This document shows positions 1-12,834 of a stretch of 64,000 nucleotides of DNA, piece by piece (within the stretch, counting starts at the first letter, position 1; the number at the start of each line of letters is the position of its first letter). The position numbers were made by a program, and so were the translations under genes. This stretch comes from Mobula birostris (taxonomy: Eukaryota), in NCBI RefSeq assembly GCF_030028105.1, contig NC_092397.1, positions 35,989,097 through 36,053,096 of the forward strand, written 5' to 3'. The notes under the pieces were generated by a model. That model was given only the letters and a program-made list of their open reading frames with translations, was not told the origin of the DNA and searched no databases.

Positions 1-1370
1 AATTCTCTGAATATTCATGGGCTTGTCTAAAACCCTGTTAAGTGTCATTATCATATCTGCTTCCACCACTCCCCATGGCAGCCCATACCCGGCCCTCACC
101 ACTCTCTGTACGGAATTAGAAATCTTACCTGTCCTAACGTCCACCTTTAAATTCTCACCCTGGCATTTTAAAGCTGCGCCTTCTCATATTTGATATTTCT
201 ACCCTGGCAAAATGATCCTGCCTGTTTACCTTGTCTACATCTCTCATAGTTTTATAATCTTCTGTCAGGTCTCCCCTCAGTCTCCTTCACTCCAGGGAAA
301 ACAGTCTCAGTCAGTCTGATCTTTCCTTGTAACTCAAGCCCCCAGTCCAGGTAACATTCCTGTGAATCGTTTCTGCACCTTTCCAGCTTAATCACATCCT
401 TCCTCTCATGTGACCAGAACTGCACAGGGTACTCCTGGTGTGGTGTCATTATTGATTTGTACAACTGTAATGTGATGTCCCAACTCCTCTCAGAGCCTTT
501 GCTGATGAAGACAAGCATGTCGTGCTCCTTCTTCACCACCTTGTCTACCTGTCTTGGCACTTGCAGGGAATTGCTTACCTGTGCCCCAGGTTTCTCTTTC
601 ATCAACACTCCTCAGGACCCTCCATTCACTGGGTACGTCCTGACCTGCTTTAACTTCCCAAAATCCATCATTGTGCACTTGTCTGTCACAGTAACAACAC
701 TCCTCTGTTTCTCTGCACCAACACCCCGTCAGTAAATGTCAATGAACCATTCACCTCTGAACCTTGGTCATATATGGTTTTATGAACCACTCACTGCTCC
801 CGTCTCTGTTTTGTTGTGTAGTTCAGCACCTCGACCCCTCTCTATTTCTCTCATTTACAATTTATCTCCACATAAATCATAGTCTGACTTTTGATTCCTC
901 CTACCATTCTACATGTCATCACACTTCACCACATTAAACTCCATTTACCAAGTATTCTACTCACCAGCTTCCCCATGTCCCATTGAAGAGATGAAATGTC
1001 CAATCACAACATGTCCCCCACCACATTCCCTGTCATTGCCACCGTGGATTCCTCACTCTCTGCCCCTCCTCCGGGTCATTAATATCAATAATAAATCATT
1101 GACAATCCAGAACTGGTCACTGGGACACTCCACTAGTAATATCATCCCAGTCTGAAACAGACCTGTTATTCTGTCTCAGTATGATGACCAGTCTTCAGTC
1201 AGTATTAACACACTTCCTTCCCAGTACTGAGCTCTGGTCTTGTGCACCAGCCTGACATGTGGCACCTTGGCAAATGGCTCCCGAAAATCCAAGAACACCA
1301 CTTCTCCAACTTCCCCTGTAAAGTCTCAAATCTCTGGTATGTTAGTCAAACATGACTTAACATTCAACAA
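1..1370 (-). mobile_element. Decayed CR1 LINE, RT/3' portion
   Basis: ORF 252..608 contains CR1-type motifs (LQLYKSIM.PH.EY.VQFWS, KDVIKLER); many stops and frameshifts; boundaries approximate. Confidence 0.75.
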
Positions 1371-2536
1371 CCCAGGTTACAGGGTCCAAGACCAGGTTCC
1401 AGATGGACAGGGTGGTGAAGAGGCTTTTGGAACACTGGCCTTCAGTCAGGGCACCGAATATAGAAACTGGGATGAGATGTTGCAGTTGTACAACACATTG
1501 GTTTGGCCACATTTTGCAAATAGTGTTTAGTTTTTGTGACCCTGCTGTATGACAGACACCATTAAGCTGGAAAGAGTACAGGGGAGATTTACGGGGATGT
1601 TACTGGATCTCAAAGGATTTGTGGAAAGGTGTTTCGGATAATTTTCCCTGTAATGTTGGAGAATGAGTGCTGATATTGCAGAGGTGTATAAAATCATGAG
1701 AGACCTGGAAGCTGGAAATGGAAAGAGCTGCTAGGGGGAGTGGTTGAGTCAGGTACATTAAAAAGGCACTTGGACAGGTAGATGGAAAGGAAAGGTTTTG
1801 AAGTATCTGGGCCAAATGCAGAGAAATGGGACAAGGAGGAGGATAACCTTCTTCATAATGTGGTGGTGAGGGGGTTACAGACCACGAGCTCAGATGGGAA
1901 CTTTGGTCATCGTGGAATCTGTGTGAACCTGACTGTAGACATTAAACTTTTCCAAATGATTTGTTATTTCTTGATAGATTATCAACTCCAGTACCTGAAG
2001 TGAAGTTAACAGGACTACAGTTACCTGCTTTTTATCTTCCACCCTTCTTCAGCAATGGTTTTCAACTCCACTGGGACCTTTCTATAACAGTGAGTTTTGA
2101 CAGACTTCAATGTCTCTACTTTCTCTACAGACTTCCTGTGAAACCCTCCAGTGCAGGTCGTTGGGACCTGGTAATGTTTGCTTTTAGTCCCATTAGTTTC
2201 TCCCTTGTGATGCCAATTGTTATACATTATGGCACAATGTTGAAATGTCACCGTTAGATATCTATGGGATGTTTGCTGTGTCCCACTGTGAGCACTAATG
2301 CAAATTACTGAGTTAACTTCTCTGCGTGTTCCTTGTTACTTTTAGCTTTTCACTGATTCCTAGAAAATCTCTGATTCTCTTGTGCACCACCAGCGCCTCT
2401 TTGTATGTTCTTTGATTTAATATTTCCTTGAATGCCTTTGACCACACCTCAGGATCTTGAGGCCACTCCTACCAATGTTGTCTTTCCCTCCCCCTTTCAC
2501 CATCATTGTCCCTACATATAAAGTTCCTATGAAAAT

Positions 2537-4031
2537 TTACAGCATTGAATCTCAGTGGATTGAATTTGGCTTTTTTTGAAACCAATCAATGGAAGAAGAA
2601 TCTTTTGTGTCAAAGGGAAAACAAATCTCTACAAAATGCTCTCAACTAATTACAAATCAAAAACACAAAATAATTGTCTGTTTAAGTATTCACCCCCTTT
2701 AATATGACACACCAAATCATCTCTGGTGCAGCCAATTAGTTTTTGAAGTTACATGATCAGTTAAATGGAGATGACCGTGTGCAGTGAAGGTGTTTCAATT
2801 GATTGTAGTAATAGTACCCCTGTAAGTAGAAGGTTGAACTGCTGGTGAGTCAGTATCCTGGGAGAAACTACACCGTGAAGACAAATCAACACTCCGAGCT
2901 GCTCTGCAAACAGGTAATTGAAAAACACAAGCCAGGAGATGGAGTCAAGAAAATTTCCAAGTCACTGAATGCCCTTGGAGTACAGTTAAGTCACTCATCC
3001 AGAAGTGGGAAGTATATGGCACAGCTGTAAATCTGCCAAGAGCAGACTATCCTCAAAAACTGAGTGGCCATGCAAGAAGGGGCCAGTGGGGGAGGCCACC
3101 AAGAGACCTATGATAACTCTAGAGGAGTTACAAGCTTCAGTGGTGGGAGAGATTGTGCAAACATCAACTGTTGCCCGGGTGTTTCACCAGTCGCAGCTTT
3201 ACGGGAGAGTGGCAGAGAAAAAGCCACTGTTGAAAAATGCTCTGATGAAATCTTCCCTGGAGTTTCCCAGAATTGTTGGGGACTCTGAAGTTAGTTGGAA
3301 GAAGATTCTATGGTCTGATGAAAACAAAATTGAACCTTTTGACCATCACAAACACTAAGTTTGGAGTAAGCCAAACACCGCACAACATCAAAAACACACC
3401 ATCCCTACCGTGAAGTATGGTGGAGGCTGCATCATCCTGTGGGTATGCTTCACTGCAGCAGGCCCTGAAAGGCACATAAAAGTAGAGGGTGAAATGAATG
3501 CAGCAAAATACAGGGAAATCCTGGAGGAAAACCAAATTCAGTCTTCAAGAGAACTGCGACTTAGGAGAAAATTAATTTTCCAGCATGACAATGACCACAA
3601 GCATAAAACCAAAGCTGCAAAGGAATGCCTTAAAACAACAAAGTTAATGTCCTGGAGTGGCTTTGTGAGAGTTCAGACCTCAATCCAATTGAGAATTTGT
3701 GGCTGGACTTGAAAAGAAGTGTTCACTCACCAACCCATGCATTCTGACAGAGCTTCTGCAGTTTTGTAAAGAAGAATGTGGAAAAATTGCAGTGTTCAGA
3801 TGTGCAAAGCTGATAGACACCTATCGACACAGACTCAACTGTAAATACTGTTAAAGGTGCATCAACTAATTACGGATTTGAAGGAGGTAAATACTAAGGC
3901 AATGAATTATTTTGTTTCATATTTACAATTAATTTAGATCTGTTTTCACTTTGACACCATAGTCTTTTCTGTTGATCAGTGTCAAAAAAGCCAAATTAAA
4001 TCCATTGCAAAACAATAAAACCTAATAACTT
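2537..4031 (+). mobile_element. Tc1/mariner DNA transposon relic with long TIRs (copy A)
   Basis: Fragmented transposase motifs ILWSDENKIE, VKYGGG.I.LW.CF, FQHDND.KH and a frameshifted PDLNPIEN. Imperfect inverted ends at ~2553-2703 and ~3875-4030 include the AAGTATTCACCCCCTT motif. Confidence 0.9.
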
Positions 4032-4224
4032 ACATTTTGCCAATTCCGTGTGGAACATTGAATATAGTGGAATGTCGAAGTCCCAGTCTCTGTAACCATG
4101 TCCCTGCAATTACTGTTAGATCAAACATATTCATCAGTACACAATATGGAACAGATGGCAACCTGCCCTTCGTCTCACAATATCTGCGCCAATCATAATA
4201 ATGATCAGACTTTATTAAGTACTG

Positions 4225-4765
4225 TGGAGGTCTCACTGGAGTATTGTGAGCAGTTTTGGGCTCTTCATCTTAGGAAGGATGAGCTGAAACTCGATGGGTT
4301 TCAAAGGAGGTTCTCCAGATTGATTCCAGGATGAAACATCTTGTCGTATGAAGAGTGTTTGATGGCTCTGGGCCTGTATTCACTGGAATTTTTGAACAAT
4401 GAGGGGTGGCCCAATTGAAACCTATCGAATGGTGAAAGGCAGTGATAAAGTGGATGTGCAGAAGATGGGAGTGTCTAATATCAGAACACAGCCTCAGAAT
4501 AGAGGAGCATCCTTGTAGAATGTGGAGATGAGGAATTTCTTTAGCCAGAGAGTGGTTCATCTGTGGAATTCATTGCCACAGGGAGCTGTTAAGCCAGGAC
4601 TTTATGTATATTTAAGGCAGAGGTTGATAGATTCTTGATTGGTCAGAGTATGAAGGGATACAGGGGAAAGGCAGGAGACTGGGGCTGAAAGGAAAAATGG
4701 ATCAGCCACAATGAAATGTCGGAGCAGACGACGGGCCAAATGGTTGAATTCTGCTCCTATATCTT
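4225..4765 (+). mobile_element. CR1 LINE 3' fragment
   Basis: LEYCEQFWA.HLRKD...QRRFSRLIPG, followed by a CR1-type 3' end (gggccaaatgg...ttctgctcctatatctta). Confidence 0.75.
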
Positions 4766-4779
4766 AGCCTGTGTCACTT

Positions 4780-6190
4780 CCTGAGAAACCTCAATCAAAT
4801 TTATCAAGCGTGATCTGCCCACACAAAACCATGTTGATTGTCCCTAAGCAGGCCATGCCTTTCCAAATGTGCATAAATCCTGTGCCTCAATATCCTCCCC
4901 AGTAGCTTCTCTACCACTGAAATGAGGCTGCCTTGCCTATAGGTTCCTGGATTCTTGTTATTTCCCTTCTTGATCAAAGCTGCAATATTTCTGACACTCT
5001 AGACCTGTGGGACCTCACATGTTGTGATCGAGGACACATAGATCCTTGTCAAATCACCGGCAATCTGCTCACTTGCTTCCTTCACTGTTGTAGGATATTT
5101 GCCTTCAGGCCCTGGAGTCTTAGCCATCTTATTGCTTTTCAGACGTCCCAGCACAACCTGCTCCTTAATCTCAAAATGTCTCTGCACATTCGCATGCCTC
5201 ATTCTGTTTTCATTGCCATTCAATTCCTTCACTTCAGTAAATGCTGACACAACGTACTCATTTAGTACCTCAGCCACTTGATCTGACTTCAACCACATCA
5301 TTCCTCCTTTAATCTTGAGTCGACATTTCTATTCTCTGGTTATCCTCGTCTTATTAATACAAATCACAAGGCCTTGGGATCATCTTTGGTCCTACATTAC
5401 AAGGACAGTTTGTGGCCCCTTTTGGCCTTTCCTATCACCTGCTTTAGCATTTCCCTGCTACCTTTATATTCCAAAGGTACCCAGTCTGACTTTAGCTTCA
5501 CAAACCTTCCATAACCTTTTGACTAAATTTAGGATCTCTCCGCTTGTCTAAAGATCCCTTACTTACCATCCTTCTCCTCACTCCTCACTGGAACATGCTG
5601 ATCCTGAACTCAGAGTTGCTGGTCTTTAAACAACTCCCACACATCAGATGTGGACTTGTCTGACAGTGGCTGCTCCCAATCAATGTTGCCTGGCTCCTGT
5701 CTTCCTCCGTCCTGACTTGTCCTCCTGCAAATTAGTACCTTCATACAAGATCTACTTTTATTTTTACTTGTAACTAAGAAAAAAGAAACTTGTGATCACT
5801 GTTCCCAAATGTTCACTGACCCTCAACTGTCACCTGGCCTGGCTCATTCCCAACTGTTCTCACCTCTGGTTGGGCCCTGTACATAATGTTTCAAACACCT
5901 CTCAGATTCACTAAAGAAATCTGGCGCATTTAAGAATTAAGCAAGTTCCAGTTAATCTAGAGAAGATAATGTCCCCCCACTGGTTGTTGCGGGGCCAATA
6001 CAAACACCCCAACAGTGTAACTGCAGATTGCCTCTGTAAATGAACCTTGCAGTTTGCTGTGACATTCCCAGTGAGGTAACCTCTGCATTTTTAACCCCCC
6101 ACTCACATGTAAAACAATGAACCCCAGGAATGTTGAGCTGCCAGCCCTGTCCGTCCGATAACATAGTACTCCTAGTGTTGAAATAAACTC
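4780..6190 (-). mobile_element. Decayed CR1 LINE, endonuclease-to-RT region
   Basis: ORFs 4999..5301 (AEVLNEY..S.FT, KTPGPEG) and 5952..6164 (GQGWQLNIPG..CF) resemble CR1 ORF2. Confidence 0.7.
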
Positions 6191-6239
6191 ATTTCAGCCC
6201 ATCAATCCCACCATGTTTATTGGCCTGACATTGGCTCTC

Positions 6240-6822
<583 letters not shown>

Positions 6823-6855
6823 AAAACTCCCACTTCCTCCCGAGCACAAAACAAA

Positions 6856-6897
6856 GGCTCTTCTAAGAGCCACCCACCGCCTCACAGACGGAGCTGT
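6856..6897 (+). terminator. Histone 3' stem-loop and HDE (H4 copy A)
   Basis: GGCTCT-TCTA-AGAGCC at 6856-6871, then ACCCA; HDE-like ACGGAGCTGT at ~6888-6897. Confidence 0.95.
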
Positions 6898-7230
6898 ATC
6901 CGCAACCTTTTAATTATTTTTATCGATACATTCAGCTGAGTTATATTTGAAACAGATTAATCGGTTCGGTTTGCAATATTCCTGCGAATCTACCTTTCCA
7001 GTCGGTGATTACTTCAGAACCTCTGAGCGCGTTAAGATCGATCTTCATCCTTTTATCCGTCTCGGACAGGAATCAGTTCACTCGGTTGGAGAAGCGACTC
7101 CGTAATTGTGCATTTAAATCTTAACTCAGGGGATTAGATATTAAATGAAACTGAAATTGTATAATGCGTGATAAAACTAACGGTAGATAATTTTTAAAAA
7201 AAGTCTTCCAGAACCGTTGCTGGGTGCTCT

Positions 7231-7251
7231 GAAATTGGCGGGCAATTTGAA
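7231..7251 (+). promoter_or_regulatory. E2F/CDE-CHR-like element
   Basis: GGCGG (7237-7241), 4-nt spacer, TTTGAA (7246-7251); conserved in arm B at 33480-33500 on the minus strand. Confidence 0.55.
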
Positions 7252-7319
7252 ATTGATCAAGCGCCAATCACACTGTATTCTGATCCGATGAAGTCCGACC
7301 GCCAGTAAATTCCTAGAAC

Positions 7320-7519
7320 TCCTTCTGTACGTGGTGTTAGAGGGCGTTTTTTTCTCTCTCTCTGGAGCTCTGTGTTTCGGACAAACCGTTGGAAATTGCC
7401 GGGTGTATTAAAGTGAAGACGGAGCTGGACGATAAGAGGCCGCTCTCGGCTCTGTCCGTCACTCTGACTCTGTCTCCTCCCCTCCCCGCCTCTGTCTCTC
7501 TGCGCGTTTCTCGGGCAGG
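7320..7519 (+). pseudogene. Orphan H4 promoter copy lacking TATA box and CDS
   Basis: 7435-7519 is identical to 6352-6436; 7320-7434 is a diverged copy of ~6240-6351; the copy stops 13 bp before the TATA position. Confidence 0.9.
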
Positions 7520-7759
7520 AGTGGTGGCAGAGGATTGGAGGATGGGTCATGTTATCCAGTAACTTAGAATCGAAGGAAAACCAAACACAAGACCATTGTG
7601 CAGATGCTGATGGAGGGTCTCGGCCTGAAACGTTGGCTGTTTCCAGTTTCTCATAGATGCTGCCTGGCCTGCTGAGTTCCTCCAGCACTGCGCGTGTATC
7701 GCTGCGAGGAAAAGCCTGGGAGCTGAGTCAGGGCTGATAACGTCACTGCCCGGCTCAGC

Positions 7760-8595
7760 AAATTTATCGATGTCACTAAAGTTGGTGATATCGTGGAGTG
7801 TGAAACAATGTAACTAACATTACAACAGGACGGTGATCAATGAGGTCACTGATTTGAGGAATGACAGATAAATGTGAGATGTGCCATTGTCATTGACGAA
7901 CCAGGGCAGAACTGCCGTGGGGAATGGTCTGTCCCTGGGTGTGCTGTAAAACAGAGATATCGGGGTGCAGATATCGAATTCCTTCAGAGTGTAAACACAG
8001 GTAGTCAGGACGGTGAAGAAGCTGTTCGCCACACTCGCATTCATCGGTCAGAGTATCGGCCACTGGACTGTGACGTCACATTACAGCTCTACCAGCCTCG
8101 GGGAAACTACTCTCGGAGCACGGAGTACAGTTATAGTTGCCCTGGGATCAGAGGGTGACATTAAACTGGAGAGGGTGCAAAAGGGATTTAACAGGACGCT
8201 GCATAGGCCAGGACCTTTCTCACCAGAGTGTATGTGATATTAGAGAGGTGATAAAATAATGGCAGTCATAGATACCGTCAACAGTGAATCTGTTATCTCC
8301 AGGTTTATGGAGTTGGAAGCGGGAGATTACAGATATAAAGTGAGAGAGGAAACATTTAAATAGGACCCTGAGGAGCAGGTTTTGTACACAGAATGTGCTG
8401 TTTACATGGAACAAACTACCCCAAGTGGTGGTGTAGGTGGGCACAGTTGCAATATCTCTTGGACTGTGGAGAGGGAAGTTTCACAGGGACATGGGCCAAA
8501 TGCAGGCAACTGACAATAATTTTGTTTGGCCACTTGGTCAGCATGGATGTGTTGGGCTGAAGGACCTGTTTCTGTGCTGCATAACTCAGTGACTA
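7760..8595 (+). mobile_element. Decayed CR1 LINE 3' half
   Basis: RT C-terminal remnants ('gatgtcactaaagttggtg', 'IKLERVQKGFNR') and a CR1 tail 'gggctgaaggacctgtttctgtgctg'. Confidence 0.65.
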
Positions 8596-9329
8596 TGTCT
8601 GCTGCTGTGGCAGAGCGGGAGGGACGGTAACAGTAGTGAGAAGGTTTGGGGGATGTATACAGGAGAGTGAATGGTTGAGGATGTGGCAGGTGGAACAGAA
8701 TGTGGGGAAATGTGCGATCACCCAGTCTCAGGAACAAACTATCAGAGTCATTTCCACATGAGGATGTTCAGAGGGACCTGGACATTCTAGTAAACAAATC
8801 ACTTGAGTTTACATGCAGATACAAGTAATGAGAGTGCCTGTACTGTGCTGTACTATTCTATGTTCTATTTATATGGGAGGCAGGGTTTGAGGGTCGGCAC
8901 AACATTGTGGGCCGAAGGGCCTGTACTGTGCTGTACTATTCTATGTTCTATGTTCAAACAGTATTTTGTCCTGTGATCCACGGGGATTGTACAAGAGAGT
9001 ACAGAGGTCTCACTGGGATTATATAGGGGCCCTGGTGAGAGCACACCTTGAGTATCGTGTCCAGGTTTGGTCACACTTCCTCAGGAAAGATATCCCTGCC
9101 AGAGAGGGAGTGCAGTGACTGTTCCCCACACTGACTGGGCTGGTTCCAGGGATGGAAGGTTGGTTATGCGAGAGGAGAGTGAGTGGGCTGGGTCTGCATT
9201 CCCTGCTGTTCATGAGAAAACGAGGAAATCTGTTAGATTCTTTCAGGATATGACAGGCAATAGGCAAGGAGGATCTTTCCCCTGAATGAGAACTCCATAA
9301 CTGAGGAAAATACCCTCAGAATGAGGCGT

Positions 9330-9570
9330 AAATCACAAACACGAGAGAATCTGCTGATGCTGGAAATCAAACGCAACACACACAAAATGCTGGAAGAACT
9401 CAGCAGGACAGGCAGCCTCTATGAAAAAGAGTTAACAGTCGACACTTCGGGCCGAGACACTTCATCAGATCTCAGGGTGAAGATTCTCAGCCCGAAGCAT
9501 CGACTCGTTACTCTTTCCCATAGATGCTGCCTGGCCTGCTGACTTTCCCCAGCATTTTGTGTCTGTTGCT
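9330..9570. mobile_element. Palindromic short repeat built from two inverted Penelope-type termini
   Basis: 9368-9470 is inversely repeated at 9475-9570; contains a degenerate hammerhead core (CTGATGA...GAAG) on the minus strand. Confidence 0.65.
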
Positions 9571-11439
9571 CAGAATGAGGTGACAAGCATTCAGGATGGA
9601 AATGAGATGTTTTGTTAATCAGAGAACAAAGAACTTTTGTATTCCTTATATAAGTAATGTGGAGCCTCAGTTGCTGGGTTGAGTCAAAGCTGAGATCAAC
9701 AGTCTCTGGGAGAGATTTAGTCACTAAGTGAGTCCATAAGACCATAAGATACAGGAGCAGAATTCGGCCATTTTGCCTGTCGAGCCTTCTCTGGCATTTC
9801 ATCATCACTGATCAATTTTTCCTCTGAGAGGCAGTCTCCTGCCTTCCATTGTATCCCTTCATGCCCTGACCAATCAAGAATCTATCAATCTCTGCCTATA
9901 CCCAGTGATTTGGCCTCCACAGCTGCCTGTAGCAAAAAAAATCACAGATTCACCACTCTGTGGCTGAAGAAATTCCTCCTCATTTCCATTCTCAAAGGAT
10001 GACCCTCTATTTTGAAGCTGTGTGGTCCAGTTTTAGACACACCCATCACAGGAAAAATCCTCTCCACATCCACTCAATCAAGCCCTTTCACTATTTGATA
10101 GGTTTCAATTTGGTAACCCTTCTTTCTTCGAAGTTCCAGTGAATAGAGGCCCAGAGCCGTGAAACTCTCTTCATTAGGCAAGCCATTTAATCCTGAGTAA
10201 AATTCTCCATTTGTGATGTCATGTCAGCACAAAAAAATCTGGATTTCAGAGATGTTTGCATTTTGGAATTATGGACCAATCTGCACAGCCCTAATCACTA
10301 ATTTGTACTGCAGTGAACACTGTTAATTTAACCCATGCAATCCCAGGCATACAGATGCAAAATAAAGACAATTCTAAATTGAAAGTAGGAAAGTTGAACC
10401 TTACTTGGAGGTAAAGCCTGATTACTAGGCCTCAGAACATTCTACTCCCCAAATGGTCAAAATAAAGCCAAGTAACAAGGTCTAAAATACCCACAACATG
10501 CAGAATTACATGCCTCTCGTTACCTTGATCCATGGGATAAACACAAGCGGGCCTGATTAACCCTGGCTGGGTTGTCTGGGCGAGGATGTCTCATGATTAA
10601 AGACCCAAAACACTCAATGACCCCAGGTTGCTTTACTGATGATGTGTCCCTTTGCAACACCCGGTTCATTAAGCCAAGTGGTGTCAGGCCACATTAATGA
10701 AGGGAATGGGCCAGATTGAAGTGACTCCACTACATTACCCTATCCACCATAGCCCCACCTATCTCACCATACTAAACTCCACAGCCTTATCTCTCCCAGT
10801 CCCACATATACATCCACCAGCCCTACCCTCAAACCTAATTCTGAGGTCCAAGGGGGCACACACCCCAACTAACCCTGGGCACACCCCCACAAACCCGATG
10901 ACCAGTGTAAGGGGGGGGGGGAAGATGCACTAAAGGCAAGTGTTGGACTTGGTTGATGAAGGCATGGGCCAGATCAAAGTGGCAGCGTTGTGTGACACTG
11001 AATCTAGAGTGACGAGATGAAGAAGCACAAGAGGGATGATTCTCCCACTGCCGGCATAATCTGTTTGTTATTTTGATTTTGTTCTGATAGTCTTCTGTCT
11101 GTTTGAATATTTTGGTATAATTCATATTTAATATCAGTGTTCCTTGTCAGTGTTGTGTCTCTGATGCAATGTGTCTGTGATGCTGCTACAAATACTTTGT
11201 TCCTTTCACCTGTGCATAAATAAACTCGATTTAAACTTTACACTGAAATGTCCAAATCTCTCCTTCACTCTCCTGCAGCCCTATGTCATGAACTAAATGT
11301 CCTAGTGTTTAATTTTACAATATTTCATCTGATTTTATTTTCATTCGGCTTTTGAAATTGCGTTTCCCTTTTCAATTTCAGCCCGCAGCCCGGCCTGTCT
11401 CTGCCCTTCAGTACTTCCTCCCGCATCAAACGACAGCGG

Positions 11440-11606
11440 TAAACCCCGCCCATTGGCGCCGTTCCGATTGGTGATTCATTTCTCCAAACAGCCAATAGAA
11501 ATGCTCAGTATTCCCATCCTCATTAACATACCGCTTTGGGCGCTGCCTATTTAATCCGCGCTCCGAACAGCTTCTGCTTATTATTGTGTTTGAAACCGAC
11601 GAGGAA
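11440..11606 (+). promoter_or_regulatory. H2B promoter (copy 1)
   Basis: ATTGG 11467-11471, CCAAT 11492-11496, octamer-like ATTAACAT 11522-11529, TATTTAA 11548-11554. Confidence 0.75.
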
Positions 11607-11981
11607 ATGCCGGATCCAGCGAAACCCGCTCCCAAGAAGGGCGCCAAGAAAGCTTTGTCCAAGCCAGCGAGCAAGACTGGCAAGAAGCGCAAGAGGTCGA
11701 GGAAGGAGACTTACGCCATCTACATCTACAAAGTGATGAAGCAGGTTCACCCCGACACCGGCATCTCCTCCAAGGCCATGAGCATCATGAATTCATTCGT
11801 CAACGATATTTTCGAGCGCATCGCGGGCGAGGCTTCCCGCCTGGCCCATTACAACAAGCGGTCCACCATCAGCTCCCGGGAGATCCAGACCGCCGTGCGC
11901 CTGCTGCTGCCCGGGGAGCTGGCCAAGCACGCCGTGTCCGAAGGGACAAAGGCGGTGACCAAGTACACCAGCTCCAAGTGA
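11607..11981 (+). CDS. H2B: Histone H2B (copy 1), 124 aa
   Basis: [12 protein letters not shown]...[18 protein letters not shown]...[10 protein letters not shown]. The true ATG is at 11607; the track start at 11586 is non-ATG. Confidence 0.98.
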   Translation: MPDPAKPAPKKGAKKALSKPASKTGKKRKRSRKETYAIYIYKVMKQVHPDTGISSKAMSIMNSFVNDIFERIAGEASRLAHYNKRSTISSREIQTAVRLLLPGELAKHAVSEGTKAVTKYTSSK

Positions 11982-12018
11982 AGACAAGTTCACTGACAAA
12001 ACAAACCGGAAAATCAAA

Positions 12019-12060
12019 GGCTCTTTTAAGAGCCACTCACGGTTTCATTAAAAGAGTTAC
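12019..12060 (+). terminator. Histone 3' stem-loop and HDE (H2B copy 1)
   Basis: GGCTCT-TTTA-AGAGCC at 12019-12034; AAAGAGTTAC at 12051-12060. Confidence 0.95.
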
Positions 12061-12399
12061 ACGATGTTGAGACATGGAATTGAGGTAAATTTGGAATTGC
12101 TCATTCAGAATCTTATTCCCGTTAATCAGAATTTGCTGTCCGCTGCTCAGTATAATCCCAATTTCTCTGTTAATTCCTGCCAACTGCCCAGGCACGGAAT
12201 CGTTACACACCCCTTTCCCCGTCGCTTCCTCTCGGTCATCAGATTTCTCTGACATGGACGCTAATGTTTCTGGTTTAATTACCGTGGGTTCATTAAGCTT
12301 TGTCCCATTTTGGATACTTCTCTTAACCCCATTCCGACGCGAGAGCTGAATACTGTCACGGGTCGTTCAGAGCATTTGTTAAAGCTCCACTTTCTGCCG

Positions 12400-12825
12400 G
12401 GCGACCCGTTGCTAAACTGATTTGAGTTTACACAATGACCGACCGCGAACAGCAGCTGAGAATCGGTTTTATTCCAATCGTTTATCAATTGAAAGATATC
12501 GGTGAACTAATGTCCCAGACACCATCGCAATATTAACTACACTTTGTTTAAGTGTGTCGGACTCCAGTAACGGGGGTAAAGAGCCGACAAACAAACCTGT
12601 TGTGGTTTAATTTCAGCAACAAAGGCTTTTTTGGCGGTGTTTTGCAAATTTCAGTTTATTTCGGCGGTTAGACGGTATTTTCCGCGCTTTTACAGTTGCT
12701 GTCTCTTGATTGGTGAATAAGGCAGCTCTGTGATTGGAGTATTTGCTCTTTCCAATCAGATCAGGCACTGTTTCACCAATCATAAACGTCCCACTACATT
12801 CCGCACCGCCCGCGCCCCGCCTGCA
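12400..12825 (+). pseudogene. Orphan H2A promoter/spacer (H2A CDS absent)
   Basis: Aligns with ~20840-21235 upstream of the intact H2A; four CCAAT boxes at 12709, 12733, 12752 and 12776 with the same spacing. Confidence 0.85.
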
Positions 12826-12834
12826 TCAGAAGGG

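Noticed and set aside
10330-11050. Possible LTR or unique element upstream of H2B copy 1
   Set aside because: No termini, TSD or protein motif could be established by eye
11586-11606. N-terminal extensions of H2B (MFETDEE) and H2A (MTLK, from 21318)
   Set aside because: Artefacts of non-ATG starts in the ORF track; canonical ATGs are at 11607 and 21330
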